Below are positions 56,882-64,000 of a stretch of DNA of 64,000 nt, in pieces (within the stretch, counting starts at the first letter, position 1; the number at the start of each line of letters is the position of its first letter). The stretch spans positions 65,100,001 to 65,164,000 of the forward strand of contig OZ024740.1 in the NCBI GenBank assembly GCA_964016885.1, in the 5' to 3' direction. The translations under genes and the position numbers were made by a program. This DNA comes from Eledone cirrhosa (taxonomy: Eukaryota). The notes under the pieces were generated by a model. That model worked only from the letters and a program-made list of their open reading frames with translations. It had not been told where the DNA came from and ran no database searches.

Positions 56882-58361
56882 CAATATAAACAGTTTTATA
56901 GATAAATAGATTCGACATACCGTTATAACACCGACTTGCATTTGAAGAGGTTAAGCTGGCAGTGAAAAAATTTTATACAGAGAGAAAGAAAGAGAGAAAA
57001 AAGAAAGAAAGACAGAAAACGAAGAAAAGGAAGAAAAAGAAGAAATGCATGGAACAAAATATAGAGATGGAAAGATAGATAAAGAGAAGAACTTCATGTA
57101 AAGAAACAGAAAGAGATATATATATATAGAGAGAGAGGAAATAGAGATAGATACATATATATATAGAAAATTAGGTAGTGGGAGGTCATTTTGAGTAAAT
57201 GTATCAATGATACATTTATTTATTTATTTATTTATTTAGCTCTAGTATTAATGTAAGGGAGATATATATAGAGAGAAAAAAATATAGAGAGAGAAAAAAT
57301 AGCGAGAGAAAAAATTTAAAAATAGCCAGATATATTCGAGGCGTAAAAACCCTATGTCTTAATGTATTAGAATTCATAAAACTTCCACTATATTGTAAAT
57401 ATCAGTATTCCTGAATGAGACAAGTATCCATAGTGTGTGAAAATTAATTATCTTATGTTTAGTTTTTTAAAAAAATTCATATGTTTATGTTATAGCTACA
57501 AACATCCATGCGAATCCACATTATCAACTCTGCAAACTCTAAGTTCACGGAAAACATTCTCAATGTGGTATAAAAATTTGAGTATACATATATGTGTATC
57601 ATTATTCCTGTCTTTACTCTACAAGATTATCTATCAAGCAGAAATAGAGAGCAGATTTCAATATACTAATAAAAATATATATCAGAAACAAAACTAAAAA
57701 TAAAAAAAATAACAATAATAATAATAAGTAATAATAAAATAGAAAACTAAAAAATATTACGAAAGAATATTACATATTAAAAATATTACATACTAAAAAA
57801 TATTACGTATTAAAAAAATATTACGTATTAAAAAATTTACATATTAAAGATATTAAAAATAAAAATAAAAAATATTATAAAATACTACAATAATAAAAAA
57901 TAAAAATAAACCACAAAGATCAACCCTTCAAAATTAATTGACAATATATTGCCAAGTTCATTATAAGACAAAGCCAAAAATTATCTATCAAATCACATCT
58001 AGCAAAGATCATTTCAAAAAGTTTATGATGTCCAATTTGGTCTACATGTGTTCTTATATTTAATATAGAAGTTTATCTAGTGTAAGGTTTATTCAAAATA
58101 TTTGGAGCATCAGCTTTTAGGGTAGCTTAATTTTTCATGAGGAATGTTTAAATAAAAATAAAATAAAAATAAACAATAAAAAAAAGAATAAAAAGAAGGA
58201 ATCAAACATTTAGGAATCAAAAATGTATCGGCTAGTTTCCCATATAAAAATAAATCAAACTAAATATACTCCATTTTAAATTTAAATTTATATTTAAACG
58301 TTGAGTTTAATCTATGTTTGCAACAACTGAATAAATTTGTCCGTAGATTAAGGGAATTTTT

Positions 58362-58389
<28 letters not shown>

Positions 58390-58397
<8 letters not shown>

Positions 58398-58676
58398 CGT
58401 TACGCAATGAAACATTCCCAGCACCGTTATGTAACTACCCTTGCAAACAAGACCTGGCAACTGAGGGAAAGTAACCATCAATACACCCTGAAGTGGAAAA
58501 AATTATCAAACGCGCCCCCATATCGGAGTGGTATGAGAAGCTGTCGATTATGCGCCCTTGAGCTGTTCCACATCTTAAGTTCGAAGAATAGGTTACTCAA
58601 CAATAAAATTGAGAGATCAATTTATTGTAACCATAGACTCAAAGAGAAATTTTCGCACTACAAATCGAACACTTAA
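58390..58676 (+). mobile_element. Naiad-type PLE C-terminal fragment (GIY-YIG end + Cys/His motif)
   Basis: TTLANKTWQLRE..YTLKWKKL..APPY....CRLCALELFHI....LLN....YCNH. Confidence 0.75.
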
Positions 58677-58901
58677 CCTCTTACTACCAACTGACAAACT
58701 GCATATACTTAGACTTTATACCCTCTTATATCTAGACCCTTTAATTACCCACAAAACCAATACATATATCCCCCCCTTCTCCCTCATTCCTCTTCTATTT
58801 CTTCGTTTTCTTCCTTCCTCCCCCTTTCTTGGCTATCTTTTCTTTTCTTCCTTCTCACCCCCTTCTTTGCTTTTATTTTTGTCATTATTATCTTTATTTT
58901 T

Positions 58902-58966
<65 letters not shown>

Positions 58967-59012
58967 ATATGTGTGTGTGTGTGTGTGTATATGTATGTAT
59001 GTATGTATATAT

Positions 59013-59619
59013 GTCAGGTCACCAGTTGGTGCTACTGGTAACATGTATCCCAGTACAACCTGTCTCATGGTCGGGTCGTTGGCGACTAAACTGGCAACCC
59101 CACCAAGGTTTCTTGGTGAGGAGGGTGACTTTGGACATCCTGCAGGACTAAAAACAAAACCTGTCAAAGGGCAAAGGAGCTCTTAAGAGTCAATGGCCAT
59201 CCAAAATCACCGGGAGAGATGACCCCTTAGCCTTTGTCAAGGCAGAATTCTAAGAGAAGGAAAACTCTGATATAGCACCTGCAGCCCTGATGGTATCCAA
59301 TGATGTTGACTTGTTCTTCTTTTTGGTAAATACCATCTTGGTCAAGAGAGTGGGACTGGCTTTGTGCGGTGCCTTTGCTCACTATAAGAGCTTCACGGCA
59401 CAGGCATTGCTTTGTATCTGGAGATCTCTCTGCACTTGTCGTCACATGGTACCATGTGCCCAGCACTATGTGTCAGTAATTGTCACAAGTGTAGTGTTTG
59501 TACCAGAGTTTTCGAGTCGCTGGCTGGACTGGGGAGTCACACTCGTTCAGCGCATCGGTGGGGGTTCTACATGGATGTAGGGTGGTGGCCGTGCTCGAGA
59601 GCGAGTTGGCGGCCGCCAT
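59013..59619 (+). mobile_element. Family B copy with A-to-G hypermutated 3' part
   Basis: Full-length copy; compare directly with the adjacent copy 59660-60267. Confidence 0.9.
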
Positions 59620-59659
59620 ATATGTGTGTATGTATGTATGTATGTATGTATGTATATAT

Positions 59660-60267
59660 GTCAGGTCACCAGTTGGTGCTACTGGTAACATGTATCCCAG
59701 TACAACCTGTCTCATGGTCGGGTCGTTGGCGACTAAACTGGCAACCCCACCAAGGTTTCTTGGTGAGGAGGGTGACTTTGGACATCCTGCAGGACTAAAA
59801 ACAAAACCTGTCAAAGGGCAAAGGAGCTCTTAAGAGTCAATGGCCATCCAAAATCACTGGGAGAGATGACCCCTTAGCCTTTGTCAAGGCAGAATTCTAG
59901 GAGGAGGAAAACTCTGATATAACACCTGCAAACCTGATGGTATCCAATGATGTTGACTTGTTCTTCTTTTTGGTAAATATCATCTTGGTTAAGAGAGTGT
60001 GACTGGCTTTGTGCAGTGCCTTTGCTCACTATAAAAGCTTCACGGCACAGGCATGGCTTTATATCTGGAGATCTCTCTGCACTTGCCGTCACATAGTACC
60101 ATGGGCCCAGCACTGTGTCAATAATTGTCACAAGTGTAGTGTTAGTACCAGAGTTTTCAAGTCGCTGGCTGGACTAAAAATTCACACTTGTTCAGCGCAT
60201 CGGTAGGGGTTCTCCTACATAGATATAAAGTAGTGGCCGTACTCGAAAACGAGTTGGCAGCCACCAT
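59660..60267 (+). mobile_element. Family B copy, tandem to previous copy
   Basis: Full-length, separated from the previous copy by (TATG)n. Confidence 0.9.
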
Positions 60268-60272
60268 GTATG

Positions 60273-60329
<57 letters not shown>

Positions 60330-61042
60330 ATATATGTGTGTATATATATGTATGTGTATGTATGTGTGTACATATATATATATATATTTATCTCTTTATA
60401 TCTCCCCACCCCTCTATCTCTCTCCCTCTCTATCCATCCCCCCCCACTATTATCTATTTAATTCTCTTTAACTCACTACACTCCACGACATGATGTCTGC
60501 TATCAAAACTGACCAAAGAATCCTTCCACCTCTACCCCTACCTCCACCTCAGTTTGTCATTCTACTTCCTACCTCTTCCCCCTTCCTCTCTCTCTATACT
60601 ATGCCGTGTGTCCCCTCACCTCCTGATTCCTCTCTCTCTATACTAGTAAATACAATTCCAAATAAATGTTTTTCTCTATATATTAAGAATTATTTCAAGA
60701 GTAACTCACTATTTTGAAAATTTGGACTGTGAACAACAATTATTTTCGAGTGGCTGCTATTTGCAGTATAGCAATATAAGGTTGCACTTACCAATTAAAC
60801 GGTCGTAAATACCTGGATTAAATCCTTCTCTTAATGCTTACCTGTGTTTTCTCTTTTATACTTTATACTCCAAGATTGAACGGAATTCTCACCAACTTGT
60901 GGAGTTACCCCTAACCGTACGTTGAAACCATCCATGAAACTGGCTTTCTTAACCAAAAACTGGATCACAATAAGCAATTTTTTGCTTCTCTAACTACAGG
61001 CTCCTTATCGGTCGAGCAACCACCTAAACATACGGTACTACT

Positions 61043-61790
61043 ATGGAAAAGCATTACATAGGTATGTCCCTAAAGAACATTCCTATATCTCGGAGAAAGG
61101 ATTATACTCTCGGGATGATACAGCGAACAAACGACTTTATACGCAGAGTTAGATGGAAAACTTTCCATTTCGACAAAGGACGTAATGGTCGCACCGTGGA
61201 ATATAACAAGGAAACATAGGGCTTCAAATCGTGTAAAAACTTACCTACCAACCCTCAACTGGATGCCTTTGAACAGGACTTACTGAAGATGATTATGAAT
61301 ATCAAATTCAAAAAGCGGAGGAATAATAAACTCCAGAATGACATAAATACATTCATAAAAAAGCTGTGAACCACCAATGGAATTATTGTCAAAGCGGACA
61401 AAACATCAAATGTGTATACGATGAATGTTAATACATACAATAGCTCCATACGGAAAGAATTACATAGGAAATACAAAAAAACAAATGAGGCGGCACTGAT
61501 AAACATCAACAAAGAGGCACACAATATAGTCAAACACCTAGGAATAGACGACAGAACGGAGCCACTTAAGCCATGTACCCCCACATTTAACCTCAAAGAC
61601 CACAAGGTAAATTTTGATTATAACCCCACTATTAGACTTATATGCCCATCCAAATCGGACATCGGGAAAATTAGTAAACATATATTAGACAGAGTGATAG
61701 CACAAATGAAGAATAAACTAGTGATTAAACTATGGGGTAACGCTACCGAAACAATTAAATGCTTTAACAATATAGCTAACAAAGAAGTAT
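61043..61790 (+). pseudogene. Naiad-type PLE N-terminal ORF fragment
   Basis: MSLKNIP...FIRRVRWKTFHF...FEQDLLKMI..IKF...IIVKADKTSNVY...LKDHKVNFDYNPTIRLICPSKSDIGKISKHIL; two in-frame stops; ends before the RT core. Confidence 0.8.
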
Positions 61791-62452
61791 CTAACAATTG
61801 TTTGCTTGATAATTTATATAGCTTCGTTAAATTTACAATATTCTGAAAACATTCTCAATGTTGAACATTTCTGAATCCACAAATTATTCTAATCTCACAA
61901 CTTAAAATGTCAACATCCTTCGTACCTCATATTTTTATATATAACAAATCAATACATACGCAATTTATTAATATATATAGATATATTTATATATATATAT
62001 ATATAACCTATCCTAATGTAATAAGATAAAAATACCTACAACCATAAGTCTTCATATACTCTATATACAATATTATAACTCATAATATAGGTTACAAATG
62101 TCCTCCCAAATTAACGTTATTCCTTTCTCTTTTTCTTTCTCTTCCTTCCTTATCATAATTATTTTAATTTTCCATAGCGTCTAAAATAACGTCTTTTCAG
62201 CCCTTTAATATAAACATAAGTTGCATACTCATATTAATAATTTTAAATATCTGACTTTTCTTCTGTCTTCCCTTCACTTTCCAGGGATAATTTGAACCGT
62301 TAAGGTATATTATCTTTGGTCATCTCAAATATTTATATAACATGTTTTATTTTAATTGATGATAGCGTACCAACATTTTGGTACCCTTGAAATATATATA
62401 ATAGAATAAATATGGTTTTATAAATATAGTTTCCATTTATTTAATATCATTG

Positions 62453-62516
<64 letters not shown>

Positions 62517-62794
62517 TACATATTAGGCTTTCACTCTTTTACCATACGGCTGAGGCTATATCTTTATATATATATAAGCATATACATACATATAAATGTG
62601 TACATAATTTGCTAATGATAGAATTAACTTAATAATTAATCAATTAGTCAGAGCGGTATAAAATCATAAATAGGTAATGTAAATTATTGAAATTGCTGTC
62701 GGAACCAAAATAGTAATTGAGATAATACTTTTACTATATCTATTTATGATTTATGACGTTCTAAATAATTGATTCATTATTTAGTTAATTCATT

Positions 62795-63170
62795 TCAAGG
62801 CCAACAATTACCCAGTGCATTACTGTTACTTTATTTTATCGATGCCGTAAGGATGAAAGGCAAAGTTAACGTCGGCGGGATTTGAACACATAATTTCAAA
62901 GGCCGTAATTCTTTGCGTCAAATAATGGCGTCCGATCCTCTGCAGATACTGCCAATATATATATATAATAATGGTTACTCATATAGGCACAAGGCCAGCA
63001 ATTTTGGGGGTGGGGAAAGTCGATTAAATCGACCCCAGTGCGTGATTGGTACTTTATTTCATCGACCCCGTAAGGATGAAAGGCAAAGTTAACCACGGCG
63101 GGATTTGAACTCAGCCGTAACTCTTTGCTGAAAAGCATGGCGTCCAACCCTTTACCGATACAGCCAATAC
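62795..63170 (-). mobile_element. Two tRNA-derived SINE copies
   Basis: Reverse-complement core at ~62795-62955 and ~62966-63170. Confidence 0.85.
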
Positions 63171-64000
63171 ACCGAATAATAATAAAATGGATAAGGTCTT
63201 AAATGTTCATTACAATGATTTAGGACTGATGCGTACCACAATTATTTGTTTTATAATCCCTACATTTGAGTGACAAGGGCTAAAACGGGATTCTGTTTCT
63301 AGTAATCCCGTTATTTATCAATCGCCTACGTCTTGCTTCCATTCTTGTGAACTGCATGCCTCGTAATAGTTTTCCCTTTCGAAAACTTCACTGGTAGCGG
63401 TCACTAGAATTGTTCTCTTGTTGTCAGAAGGTTCCCAGAAGAGACGTCTTCTCGCGGCTGATATATTAACTTATTAGAATATCCAGACTAGTCTTCAGGG
63501 TGAAAGTGCAGTCGGAACCTAAAAGTAATTAAGTAATTGTTATAAAAATATATCAGCACTACCACTCTTCTCCGTCTGGCTGAGGGGGGGGGGGGGGGGG
63601 CAACCACCTTGCTTCTGCTGGAAACCACCAGAGAGCGTTAGCCCCAACGTTTTGTATAGCTACAGCTTTCTAAATGTTTACCTGTAAACATACCCTATTT
63701 CTTTAGAAATACCAAATTCTAATACATATCTGTAGACAACTATGCATGAAGCAAAATCCTAATTCTATGCTACTATAAGTTGAGCCATCTTAAGCAACTT
63801 CATATGTAAATGAGATTAATTACCTCATTTACGCAGATGAGAAAACCATATATTTTCGATTGTTTTCAAGTCCAGCAGTCGCAAGTGTGTGAGGCGTCGT
63901 CTTGATGAGTACCAGTGAAGTTTTAAATGCATCAACGATTGTCCCCCTTGCTTCTGCTGGACACCACCAGGGGGCGTATATAATATATATATATGTATAT

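Noticed and set aside
61360-61375. In-frame TGA in the Naiad fragment as selenocysteine
   Set aside because: Some Naiads are reported to use Sec, but this TGA is not at an evident Cys position, a TAG stop is also present, and I see no SECIS.

Overview
AT-rich, microsatellite-saturated eukaryotic DNA. The repeat families and composition look like an octopod cephalopod, which is an inference. I can see no intact host gene; the window is essentially a transposon graveyard. It holds: (1) two Penelope-like retroelements with reverse transcriptase (1.1-3.9 kb and 52.4-53.8 kb) plus fragments of Naiad-type Penelope-like elements; (2) a full-structure but pseudogenised Ty3/Gypsy LTR element (45866-51332, minus strand); (3) an RTE LINE whose RT domain is deleted, with two families of short non-autonomous derivatives; (4) RTE-like, Vingi-like, R4/Dong-like and Tx1-like LINE relics; (5) about 15 copies of a tRNA-derived SINE; (6) probable non-autonomous Helitrons. 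Two signals stand out. First, about 20 minimal type-I hammerhead ribozyme motifs from at least 8 sequence families sit in non-coding tandem and inverted arrays resembling retrozymes or Penelope pseudo-LTRs. Second, one retroposon copy (59013-59619) carries a dense run of A-to-G-only substitutions with ADAR-like neighbour preference, which suggests a hyper-edited RNA was written back into the genome. Most short ORFs in the track are microsatellite artefacts. All alignments and counts were done by eye.
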